From Felis catus (taxonomy: Eukaryota), in the NCBI RefSeq assembly GCF_018350175.1, contig NC_058368.1, positions 40,550,001 to 40,614,000 on the forward strand: a stretch of 64,000 bases of DNA. The letters are read 5' to 3'. The position numbers were made by a program, and so were the translations under genes. Below the pieces are notes generated by a model, which worked only from the letters and a program-made list of their open reading frames with translations, made no database searches and was not told where the DNA came from. Shown here piece after piece: positions 24,689 to 35,929 of this stretch (positions within the stretch are counted from its first letter, which is position 1; each line of letters begins with the position of its first letter).

Positions 24689-27600
24689 TCAGGATCCCAT
24701 AAGAGTGAAACCATATGGTATCTGTCTTTCTCTGTATGGCTTATTTCACTTAGCATCACACTCTCCAGTTCCATCCACGTTGCTACAAAAGGCCATATTT
24801 CATTTTTTCTCATTGCCACGTAATATTCCATTGTGTATATAAACCACAATTTCTTTATCCATTCATCAGTTGATGGACATTTAGGCTCTTTCCATAATTT
24901 GGCTATTGTTGAGAGTGCTGCTATGAACATTGGGGTACAAGTGGCCCTATGCATCAGTACTCCTGTATCCCTTGGATAAATTCCTAGCAGTGCTATTGCT
25001 GGGTCATAGGGTAGGTCTATTTTTAATTTTCTGAGGAACCTCCACACTGCTTTCCAGAGCGGCTGCACCAATTTGCATTCCCACCAACAGTGCAAGAGGG
25101 TTCCCGTTTCTCCACATCCTCTCCAGCATCTAGAGTCTCCTGCTTTGTTCATTTTGGCCACTCTGACTGGCGTGAGGTGATACCTGAGTGTGGTTTTGAT
25201 TTGTATTTCCCTGATAAGGAGCGACGCTGAACATCTTTTCATGTGCCTGTTGGCCATCCGGATGTCTTCTTTAGAGAAGTGTCTATTCATGTTTTCTGCC
25301 CATTTCTTCACTGGGTTATTTGTTTTTCGGGTGTGGAGTTTGGTGAGCTCTTTATAGATTTTGGATACTAGCCCTTTGTCCGATATGTCATTTGCGAATA
25401 TCTTTTCCCATTCCGTTGGTTGCCTTTTAGTTTTGTTGGTTGTTTCCTTTGCTGTGCAGAAGCTTTTTATCTTCATAAGGTCCCAGTAATTCACTTTTGC
25501 TTTTAATTCCCTTGCCTTTGGGGATGTGTCGAGTAAGAGATTGCTACGGCTGAGGTCAGAGAGGTCTTTTCCTGCTTTCTCCTCTAAGGTTTTGATGGTT
25601 TCCTGTCTCACATTTAGGTCCTTTATCCATTTGGAGTTTATTTTTGTGAATGGTGTGAGAAAGTGGTCTAGTTTCAACCTTCTGCATGTTGCTGTCCAGT
25701 TCTCCCAGCACCATTTGTTAAAGAGGCTGTCTTTTTTCCATTGGATGTTCTTTCCTGCTTTGTCAAAGATGAGTTGGCCATACGTTTGTGGGTCTAGTTC
25801 TGGGGTTTCTATTCTATTCCATTGGTCTATGTGTCTGTTTTTGTGCCAATACCATGCTGTCTTGATGATGACAGCTTTGTAGTAGAGGCTAAAGTCTGGG
25901 ATTGTGATGCCTCCTGCTTTGGTCTTCTTCTTCAAAATTCCTTTGGCTATTCGGGGCCTTTTGTGGTTCCATATGAATTTTAGGATTGCTTGTTCTAGTT
26001 TCGAGAAGAATGCTCGTGCAATTTTGATTGGGATTGCATTGAATGTGTAGATAGCTTTGGGTAGTATTGACATTTTGACAATATTTATTTTTCCAATCCA
26101 TGAGCAGGGAATGTCTTTCCATTTCTTTAAATCTTCTTCAATTTCCTTCATAAGCTTTCTATAGTTTTCAGCATACAGATCCTTTACATCTTTGGTTAGA
26201 TTTATTCCTAGGTATTTTATGCTTCTTGGTGCAATTGTGAATGGGATCAGTTTCTTTATTTGTCTTTCTGTTGCTTCATTGTTAGTGTATAAGAATGCAA
26301 CTGATTTCTGTACATTGGTTTTGTATCCTGCAACGTTGCTGAATTCCTGTATCAGTTCTAGCCGACTTTTGGTGGAGTCTATCGGATTTTCCATGTATAA
26401 TATCATGTCATCTGCAAAAAGCGAAAGCTTGACTTCATCTTTGCCAATTTTGATGCCTTTGATTTCCTTTTGTTGTCTGATTGCTGATGCTAGAACTTCC
26501 AGCACTATGTTAAACAGCAGCGGTGAGAGTGGGCATCCTTGTCGTGTTTCTGATCTCAGGGAAAAAGCTCTCAGTTTTTCCCCGTTGAGGATGATGTTAG
26601 CTGTGGGCTTTTCATAAATGGCTTTTATGATCTTTAAGTATGTTCCTTCCATCCCGACTTTCTCAAGGGTTTTTATTAAGAAAGGGTGCTGGATTTTGTC
26701 AAAGGCCTTTTCTGCATCGATTGACAGGATCATATGGTTCTTCTCTTTTTTTTTGTTAATGTGATGTATCACCACGTTGATTGATTTGCGAATGTTGAAC
26801 CAGCCCTGCATCCCAGGAATGAATCCCACTTGATCATGGTGAATAATTCTTTTTATATGCCGTTGAATTCGATTTGCTAGTATCTTATTGAGAATTTTTG
26901 CATCCATATTCATCAGGGATATTGCCCTATGGTTCTCTTTTTTTACTGGGTCTCTGTCTGGTTTAGGAATCAAAGTAATACTGGCTTCATAGAATGAGTC
27001 TGGAAGTTTTCCTTCCCTTTCTATTTCTTGGAATAGCTTGAGAAGGATAGGTATTATCTCTGCTTTAAACGTCTGGTAGAACTCCCCTGGGAAGCCATCT
27101 GGTCCTGGACTCTTATTTGTTGGGAGATTTTGGATAACCGATTCAATTTCTTCGCTGGTTATGGGTCTGTTCAAGCTTTCTATTTCCTCCTGATTGAGTT
27201 TTGGAAGAGTGTGGGTGTTCAGGAATTTGTCCATTTCTTCCAGGTTGTCCAATTTGTTGGCATATAATTTTTCATAGTATTCCCTGATAATTGTTTGTAT
27301 CTCTGAGGGATTGGTTGTAATAATTCCATTTTCATTCATATTTTATCTATTTGGGTCATTTCTCTTTTCTTTTTGAGAAGCCTGGCTAGAGGTTTGTCAA
27401 TTTTGTTTATTTTTTCAAAAAACCAACTCTTGGTTTCGTTGATCTGCTCTACAGTTTTTTTAGATTCTATATTGTTTATTTCTGCTCTGATCTTTATTAT
27501 TTCTCTTCTTCTGCTGGGTTTAGGCTGCCTTTGCTGTTCTGCTTCTAGTTCCTTTAGGTGTGCTGTTAGATTTTGTATTTGGGATTTTTCTTGTTTCTTG

Positions 27601-28513
27601 AGATAGGCCTGGATTGCAATGTATTTTCCTCTCAGGACTGCCTTCGCTGCGTCCCAAAGCGTTTGGATTGTTGTATTTTCATTTTTGTTTGTTTCCATAT
27701 ATTTTTTAATTTCTTCTCTAATTGCTTGGTTGACCCACTCATTCGTTAGTAGGGTGTTCTTTAACCTCCATGCCTTGGAGGTTTTCCAGACTTTTTTCTG
27801 TGGTTGATTTCAAGCTTCATAGCATTGTGGTCTGAAAGTATGCATGGTATAATTTCAATTCTTGTAAACTTATGAAGGGCTGTTTTGTGACCCAGTATAT
27901 GATCTATCTTGGAGAATGTTCCATGTGCACTCGAGAAGAAAGTATATTCTGTTGCTTTGGGATGCAGAGTTCTAAATATATCTGTCAAGTCCATCTGATC
28001 CAATGTCTCATTCAGGGCCCTTGTTTCTTTATTGACCGTGTGTCTAGATGATCTGTCCATTTCTGTAAGTGGGGTGTTAAAGTCTCCTGCAATTACCACA
28101 TTCTTATCAATAAGGTTGCTTATGTTTATGAGTAATTGTTTTATATATTTGGGGGCTCCGGTATTCGGCGCATAGACATTTATAATTGTTAGCTCTTCCT
28201 GATGGATAGACCCTGTAACTATTATATAATGTCCTTCTTCATCTCTTGTTACAGCCTTTAATTTAAAGTCTAGTTTGTCTGATATAAGTATGGCTACTCC
28301 AGCTTTCTTTTGGCTTCCAGTCGCATGATAAATAGTTCTCCATCCCCTCACTCTCAATCTAAAGGTGTCCTCAGGTCTAAAATGAGTCTCTTGTAGACAG
28401 CAAATAGATGGGTCTTGTTTTTTTATCCATTCTGATACCCTATGTCTTTTGGTTGGCGCATTTAATCCATTTACATTCAGTGTTATTATAGAAAGATACG
28501 GGTTTAGAGTAAT
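24689..28513 (-). pseudogene. L1 ORF2p (endonuclease, reverse transcriptase, Cys-rich domain), frameshifted
   Basis: Three ORF-track pieces (27761-28567, 27336-27698, 24598-27339) join into ORF2. Endonuclease motifs NVNGLN, LQETH, GDFNTPL, SDHN; RT motifs QGCPLSP, FADD; Cys motif [18 protein letters not shown]. 1-nt deletions near 27775, 27339 and 24697. Confidence 0.95.
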
Positions 28514-28563
28514 TGTGATATCTGTATGTTTTATGCTTGTAGTGATGTCTCTGGGACTTTGTC

Positions 28564-29457
28564 TCACAGGGTCCTCCTTAGGATCTCTTGTAGAGCTGGT
28601 TTAGTGGTGACAAATTCCTTCAGTTTTTGTTTGTTTGGGAAGACCTTTATCTCTCCTTCTATTCTAAATGACAGATTTGCTGGATAAAGGATTCTCGGCT
28701 GCATATTTTTTCTGTCTAGCACCCTGAAAATCTCGTGCCAATTCTTTCTGGCCTGCCAAATTTCAAAAGAGAGATCAGTCACGAGTCTTATAGGTCTCCC
28801 TTTATATGGGAGGGCACGTTTACCCCTTGCTGCTTTCAGAATTTTCTCTTTATCCTTGTATTTTGCCAGTTTCACTATGATATGTCGTGCAGAAGTTCGA
28901 TTCAAGTTACGTCTGAAGGGAGTTCTCTGTGCCTCTTGGATTTCAATGCCTTTTTCCTTCCCCAGTTCAAGGAAGTTCTCAGCTATTATTTCTTCAAGTA
29001 CCCCTTCAGCACCTTTCCCTCTCTCTTCCTCCTCTGGGATACCAATTATGCGTATATTATTTCTTTTTAGTGTATCACTTAGTTCTCTAATTTTCCCCTC
29101 ATACTCCTGGATTTTTTTATCTCTCTTTTTCTCAGCTTCCTCTTTTTCCATAACTTTATCTTCTAGTTCACCTATTCTCTCCTCTGCCTCTTCAAGCCGA
29201 GCTGTGGTGGTTTCCATTTTGTTATGCATTTCGTTTAAAGCGTTTTTCAGCTCCTCGTGACTGTTCCTTAGTCCCTTGATCTCTGTAGCAAGAGATTCTC
29301 TGCTGTCCTGTATACTGTTTTCAAGCCCAGCGATTAATTTTATGACTATTATTCTAAATTCACTTTCTGTGATATTATTTAAATCCTTTTTGATCAGCTC
29401 ATTAGCTGTTGTTATTTCCTGGAGATTCTTCTGAGGGGAATTCTTCCGCTTGGTCAT
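28564..29457 (-). CDS. L1 ORF1p (RNA-binding chaperone), intact, 297 aa
   Basis: ATG at 29457 (MTKRKNSPQKN...). Coiled-coil region plus KRNNIRIIGIPE, ARHIIVK, KEKILKAAR and YPANLSF motifs; TGA at 28564-28566. The ORF-track start at 29496 is a GTG. Confidence 0.93.
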   Translation of the reverse strand: MTKRKNSPQKNLQEITTANELIKKDLNNITESEFRIIVIKLIAGLENSIQDSRESLATEIKGLRNSHEELKNALNEMHNKMETTTARLEEAEERIGELEDKVMEKEEAEKKRDKKIQEYEGKIRELSDTLKRNNIRIIGIPEEEERGKGAEGVLEEIIAENFLELGKEKGIEIQEAQRTPFRRNLNRTSARHIIVKLAKYKDKEKILKAARGKRALPYKGRPIRLVTDLSFEIWQARKNWHEIFRVLDRKNMQPRILYPANLSFRIEGEIKVFPNKQKLKEFVTTKPALQEILRRTL

Positions 29458-30389
29458 TTTGGATAGTCCCTGGCATGGTGAGGACCTGCAGGGCACTTCC
29501 CCTGTGCTGTGGTGTATAACTGGAGTTGGTGGGCGGGGCCGCAGTCAGACCTGATGTCTGCCCCCAGCCCACCGCTGGGGCCACAGTCAGACTGGTGTGT
29601 GCCTTCTTTTCCCCTCTCCTAGGGGCGGGATTCACTGTGGGGTGGTGTGGCCCGTCTGGGCTACTTGCACACTGCCAGGCTTGTGATGCTGGGGATCTGG
29701 CGTATTAGCTGGGGTGGGTAGGCAAGGTGCATGGGGGCAGGAGGGGCAGGCTTAGATCGCTTCTCCTTAGGTGATCCTCTTCAGGAGGGGCCCTGTGGCA
29801 GCGGGAGGGAGTCAGATCCGCTGCCGGAGGTTTGGCTCCGCAGAAGCACAGAGTTGGGTGTTTGCGCGGAGCGAGCAAGTTCCCTGGCAGGAACTGGTTC
29901 TCTTTGGGATTTTGGCTGGGGGATGGGCGGGGGAGATGGCGCTGGTGAGCGCCTTTGTTCCCCGCCAAACTGAGCTCTGTTGTCAGGGGGCTCAGCAGCT
30001 CTCCCTCCCTTTGTCCTCCAGCCTTCCCGCTTTCCGAGCAGAGCTGTTAACTTATGACCTCCCAGACGCTAAGTCGCGCTTGTTGTCGGAACACAGTCCG
30101 TCAGGCCCCTCCGCTTTTGCAAGCCAGACTCGGGGGCTCTGCTTGGCCGGCGAGCCGCCCCTCCGCCCCCGGCTCCCTCTCGCCAGTCCGTGGAGCGCGC
30201 ACCACCTCGCCGCCCTTCCTACCCTCTTCCGTGGGCCTCTTGTCTGTGTTTGGCTCCAGCGACTCCGTTCTGCTAATCCTCTGGCGGTTTTCTGGGTTAT
30301 TTAGGCAGGTGTAGGTGGAATCTAAGTGATCAGCAGAACGTGCGGTGAGCCCAGCGTCCTCCTAAGCCGCCATCTTGCCGCTTCTATCC
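29458..30389 (-). promoter_or_regulatory. L1 5'UTR internal promoter, CpG-island-like, with YY1-type motif
   Basis: The only long GC/CpG-rich stretch in the window. CAAGATGGC (GCCATCTTG on + at 30369-30377) lies near the element start, as in other mammalian L1 promoters. Confidence 0.8.
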
Positions 30390-30419
30390 TTAAATATTGT
30401 TTATAATAAAAATACCAAT

Positions 30420-30640
30420 TATTAAGCTCCTGGCTAAGTATTTTACACATGAAAACTCATGTAATTCTCACAAAAACCAATGAGGTAGGTACTGTTATTT
30501 AATCCTGATTTTATAGATGAGAAAAATGAGACACAGAAATGTTAACATAACTTGTAGATATTCACATAGCTAAAAAGTATCAGCAGGGAAGAAACCCTAC
30601 TAGGCTAATTCCAGAGTCCATGCTCTTGACACTTACACTA
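30420..30640 (-). mobile_element. MIR SINE
   Basis: Core ATGAGGTAGGTACTGTTATT...ATTTTATAGATGAGAAAAATGAGACACAGA...CCAGAGTCCATGCTCTT. Confidence 0.75.
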
Positions 30641-32140
30641 TTTTACTTACTGACAGATTGCAAGTTACCACTCTTGAAGTTGTTTCCATACAATTCCAGG
30701 CTTAGAAAATGTTGATTTGGAAAATACTTGTAACATGGGAAGAATTCTTCTGTATTCCATGAAATGCTTTGCTCTTGAAAGATTCACTGTATTTTTGAAA
30801 CATACGCACATACACATGCACACACACACAACCAACAAGGCATGAAATTTTTAAATTAAAAATATAAGCATTCAGTCTGTACTCTTGAATTTGTGATGTT
30901 TAATTAATTAATCAATTAATTAATTAATTTATTTATTAATTTTTAGTGTATTTCTCCTTATTGTTCAAGAAAGAATAATGGTTTTGAATCCTGATTCATT
31001 CACTGATTTGGAAGCCATGAAGCGACTGGTTTGGAAAATTATTTAAAAATTGAAATTGTTTATGCTTTATTGATTTTCTCAGTGATTTTCTTGATGTTTG
31101 TTCATGAAAAATTACACACTTTAAAGTGAAGAGGTGACAGTGAAGTAGCTTTTTTCTTTAATACATGTGACAGAATTGTGGAATAGTCAAAATTGATCAG
31201 AGGAGTAGTGTTGTCCAATCTCATCTATAGACTTGTAAAATAACACTAAAAATGTATAGTTTTTCTATTAGAACCCTTTTTACAGATGATTTTTATAAAT
31301 CGCTTTTTCTTACTGTAAACTATACTGTGTTTTTACATTCTTTAAAAAGAAATATTAATCCTTCAGTCCTAACCTTTCCAAAATTTTAAAATCTTCATAG
31401 GGAACTTAAACTATAATAAAAATGTAGAAATATCAAACAGTCCTACTTTCTGCTTTATATTAATCCTGGAGAGGGAAAATTGTTCTCAGATAAATTTTTC
31501 TTGTGTTGTTATTATTGTATTTGATGATGAATAAGGGGAATATTTTCCTTAAGCATATAATAGCTCATTTATGGATAAGCCTGTTATTGATTATAGTATG
31601 TAAATGTGCTCATGTAACACATCAAAAAATAATATTTAAAAAAATGTGTATGGCATCATTAGCTTGAGCATTTTCCAGTGTCCATGATACATTTAAAAAA
31701 TTAATTTTTCAAATCTTCCATAGTATGGAATTCAGTTCTTTGTTATTCTGTTATTTCCAGACTATGCAGATTTAAATATACACTAATAGTATTATAATAA
31801 TGTGTCAGAAAATGTAAAAGGAATTAACTCTGACATCTGTTAATTAATTGGCAGAATTCATGTGCCTTATTGCAAAATGACCTTTTACATCATTTTCAAA
31901 GTTTTTTTAGCAGATTCAAGATTTCTTAGATTTATTACAATAGTCATTTCATTGATTATATTTTTTAATTATAGATTTTGTTTTAAAATGAGAAATAATA
32001 GTAACATCAATGGCTGTTTTTGATAACTTCATATTCTACCTCTAAATATAAAACATGATTTCTTTGCCTACTATAATTCTGATACAACCTCACTACCACA
32101 CTGTGGAATAAATGATGTTTCTTTTTTTCTCTCTAACTTT

Positions 32141-32147
32141 GTCTTTT

Positions 32148-32199
<52 letters not shown>

Positions 32200-32371
32200 T
32201 CATGTTTATTTTTGAGAGAGAGAGAGAGAGCACATGCATGTGAGCAATCCTGAGTGGGGGAGGGGTAGAGAGAGAGAGGGAAACCCAGCAGGGAGCTAAA
32301 ACTCTGGACCAGAGAGATCATGACCTAGGCTGACGTTGAATGCTTAACCAACTGAGCCACCTAGGCACCCC
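32141..32371 (-). mobile_element. CanSINE with (TTTC)n tail, nested in the tail of the next SINE
   Basis: SINE body with TSD TCTAACTTT at 32132-32140 and 32376-32384. Confidence 0.85.
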
Positions 32372-32384
32372 ACTTTCTAACTTT

Positions 32385-32598
32385 TTTTAAAGCTGATTTA
32401 TTTATTTTAGAGAGAGAGAGACAGTGAGCAAGTGCACATGCATGAGTAGGGGAAGGGCAGGCAGAGAGAAGGAGATCACAGGATCTGTGATGTCAACAAG
32501 GAACCCAACTTGGGGCTTGATCTCATGAACTGTGAGATCATGACTTAAGCTGAAATCAAGAGGCAGATGCTTAACTGACTGAGCCACCTAGGCACCCC
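32385..32598 (-). mobile_element. CanSINE (host of the previous SINE)
   Basis: SINE body with outer TSD AATGATGTTTC at 32111-32121 and AACAATGTTTC at 32599-32609. Confidence 0.87.
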
Positions 32599-33433
32599 AA
32601 CAATGTTTCAATTACTAATATTAATTCAGAATTGTGTATTTTAGAATTTTTAAATACTAGAACTATAAATAATTATATAATATATAAAGGTATTGATATT
32701 TATTGATTCATCTCAGTTGATTAAAAAAGGAAGGGTTGACTCAGGTATCATTGTTAAAATAAATGTGTTTCAGATTATATTGTAGAGCATTATCATTATT
32801 TTCATAGCCGTGTTGCTATGAATGAAGACAAAATCTTAGAAACCAGAACACGTTTTTCCTTTTTAAATTAATGCCAGCTGTATCTGAGATACTAATTTAG
32901 GAAAGCTCCCGCGGTCACTTTCAGTTACATATGTGTGTGTGCATGTGCCTGTGTGTGCACAGTGATGCCTACAGTGACACTTTATTTGTTGAAATTATTT
33001 TGGTTACCATCTACACTCATTCGCCCATCTCTCACACACATTGCACCCTGGCCATGAGAGTATGATCAGCAGTCAAGATATTTCTTACTCCACTTTGCAC
33101 ATTAAATAAAAAGCTTAATGCATGACATTTTAAAAATGCTTGCTGTACTGATATTTTAAAAGAAAAACTCAGCTCAACAAGAAAGAGATTTAAATGTATA
33201 AAGGTGTAAAACCTTAGTGATCAGTTCTTAAGTCTGAAGAATTATTCATGGTGAATTCATGGATATCTTTGCAAGTGGGGCTCTGTAATAGAGACCCCAA
33301 CTTTCATAAAAGATACATACCATCCTTTCAAATATCTGAATAAATAGAAAACAACACAATTCTTTCCAGGTAAAATAAAGGGTAAAAACCCTTTGTTTTA
33401 CTACTGAATATATAAGACAGTCACAGTCCTACA

Positions 33434-33814
33434 TGATGTGGAAAATGTGGGGGTTCAGAGCTGAGGGCCAAGGAAGAATTCTTGAGACATCCTCAGTGCC
33501 AAAATGTGGTTTTATTAAAGCATGGTGATAAGACCCAGGGCAAAAAGAGCTACACCGGGGTTGTGAAGAAAGGACAGATTATATACTTTCAAGTTGAGAG
33601 GGGAGCTTGGGGTAGCACGAGCCTCCAAGGAATTTTGGAAGCAAGGTTTCCAGGATCCAGAGGGGGCTAGCCATTGTTAGGAAAAGGTCATTTATTACTG
33701 TTTAGTAAAACCTCAGTCATGAGACCCTTTAGATACATACCAGTGGGCTATATGCTTGGAGAATGATGGTTAACATACATTTGGGGAGTGGAGAGAACGG
33801 AAATTTCCAAAGGC

Positions 33815-33848
<34 letters not shown>

Positions 33849-34248
33849 GGACAGAGAGAGACAGAGCATGAACGGGGGAGGGGCAGAGAGAGAGGGAGAC
33901 ACAGAATCAGAAACAGGCTCCAGGCTCTGAGCCATCAGCCCAGAGCCCGACGCGGGGCTCGAACTCACAGACCGCGAGATCGTGACCTGGCTGAAGTCGG
34001 ACGCTTAACCGACTGTGCCACCCAGGCACCCCTCCAAAGGCACTTTTATATGTTAAAGTGGACTTACAGGATCCTGGAGGTCAGGAAAATGTTAAGCAAA
34101 ATTGCCTTTTGCCCTTAGCAAAATGTCATCATCGAGTCAGCTGAGTTTCTAGAGGAAGGTCACACTCTCTGTCTCAAGGACTTGTCAATGAGCTGTAAGT
34201 TGTAAGGAAACTTAAAATTTTTTTCTTCTGCCTTTGTTTCCCACATCA
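33434..34248 (-). mobile_element. Solo LTR of a carnivore endogenous retrovirus, interrupted by a SINE
   Basis: Terminal inverted repeat TGATGTGGAAAA ... TTTCCCACATCA; flanks CTACA (33429-33433) and CTAGA (34249-34253); TTTATT at ~33511 is a minus-strand AATAAA. Confidence 0.75.
33821..34032 (-). mobile_element. Young felid SINE (SINEC_Fc-type) inside an LTR
   Basis: Perfect 15-bp TSD TCCAAAGGCACTTTT at 33806-33820 and 34033-34047, an uninterrupted ~30-nt T tract, and retained CpGs. Confidence 0.95.
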
Positions 34249-35514
34249 CTAGATATGCTACTTTTTCCTAGGGAAGATTTATGAAGTTTCTAATGTTTCA
34301 TTGAAAGATGTGTTAGATACTTAATTAGTATATTTTTATCATTATTGACATGGCTTATTTATATAAATAAAGCTGGTGATGACAATGAAGATGAGGCAGT
34401 TGGTGATAGAAAATCAAGAAATCAGGATAAGTATTATTTTAATAGAAATAATGCAGTTTAAGAAGTAAAATATCCAGAGCTTAATCCCTAGTCTAAAAAT
34501 TGCTATCTATATGAGTTTAAGCAATATATTTCACTATCTATGAGAATAACAAAATTTGAATCATATATGTGTTGGTGGTTTGGAGTGAGGATAAAGTTTA
34601 TATTTATAGCTGCTAAATTATTGTTTTAGAATTAAAACAAGTAATGATAACCACTGGATTAGCTGATATGAAGATGCCAATAGAAGAATATTAGCAGCCA
34701 TTTCTTAGGTATCACACCTACCCAGTGCCCCTACAGTTCAAATCACAAGGTTTCTTAGAAAACCATAAATACCCAAAACACTCATTAAAAACAAAAATTC
34801 ATCTGCCTGCAGCCTATATTTTTGTTTTCTTGTATAAACTTTTCCTTCCCTTTTGCTTCTATTAGGTGACAGTCAAACCACATCTGATAATTCTCATTCA
34901 TAAGCAAGTAAATATCAACTGCATTGTTTCCTACCCTATTATATCTGTGTTAGTTGTTTCTGGAGGTTTCACTGGAGACTCTGCTCTCATGAGTCTCTCT
35001 CCATTGGAGTTACAAAAATGGTACACTTCCTCTACACTAGTGCCACAAGATGTCTTCCCTTGGCCCTCCTGTTGGGTCTGTGTGGCAATAAAGGACTTGG
35101 GCTTTCACGTGCTAAATCTGGTTAAATCATGTCTGCTTTATATAAAGCTAACATTTATTGTCCCATTGGTGGCAGCAAGGATAGTTAAGTTAGTTTTGAT
35201 TATCTGACCATCTGGCCTCTGTCAGGTAAAATAGGACAGAGAACAAATTTTCTGTAAAGAGCCAATCAACTCAGTATGTGGTTTTATATATTTGTCACTT
35301 TTGATTGTCTTTCTGTCTTGAGAATTCCTGGAATTGAGTTACCCATTACCAGCCTATTGGGTCACAAGACAATAGTTTAGTTGAACTGTTAGCCATTGTT
35401 AGCAATGGTGTTGGGAATTTGCTCATATAAATTTCAGAGATAATTATTTTGAAAATTGATATAATACTCCATTTGTCTTCTGGTATTTTCTCTTTTTTCT
35501 CTTTGTTTATATAT

Positions 35515-35519
<5 letters not shown>

Positions 35520-35580
<61 letters not shown>
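35520..35580. repeat. Compound (TG)n(TA)n microsatellite
   Basis: Direct reading. Confidence 0.95.
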
Positions 35581-35929
35581 GGGAAAAAAGCTTTTCTATG
35601 TTGTTCTAAAGGAAAATAAATTACCATTTATAATGCCACATTTATAAACATGGTCCTTTCATCTCTGTGTACAGCTCTTTAAATGCTTCTGGAAATAAAT
35701 CAATCATAAACATTTGTCAAATGTACATACCATTAGGGTTATATAATTCACGTGGTTTCTTGTTAAAGGAAAGGGAATTAATGGGATTTTCTAAAAATGA
35801 AAATTGTTTTCTAAAACTTGTCAACAAGACCTTTAATTACTAATGTAACAAATATTCAAATGAAACTATATGTCTATTGGAACAAGAATACAGGTGGAAT
35901 AGAAGAGATTGCTTTTTGCCTGACCCAAG

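Larger units (their letters stand above)
24450..30389 (-). mobile_element. Full-length young felid LINE-1 (L1_Fc-like)
   Basis: Has a 5'UTR, ORF1, ORF2, a G-rich 3'UTR, AATAAA and an A-tail. Perfect 15-bp TSD TTAAATATTGTTTAT at 24435-24449 and 30390-30404. The 5' end reads GGATAGAAGCGGCAAGATGGCGG. Confidence 0.97.

Noticed and set aside
24598..27339. 913-aa ORF as a functional stand-alone reverse transcriptase
   Set aside because: It is the post-frameshift part of ORF2. It lacks the endonuclease, has altered conserved motifs and has a frameshifted C-terminal read-through.
25526..29260. Plus-strand ORFs antisense to L1 ORF1/ORF2
   Set aside because: These are shadow ORFs typical of the antisense strand of L1 coding sequence, with no independent support.
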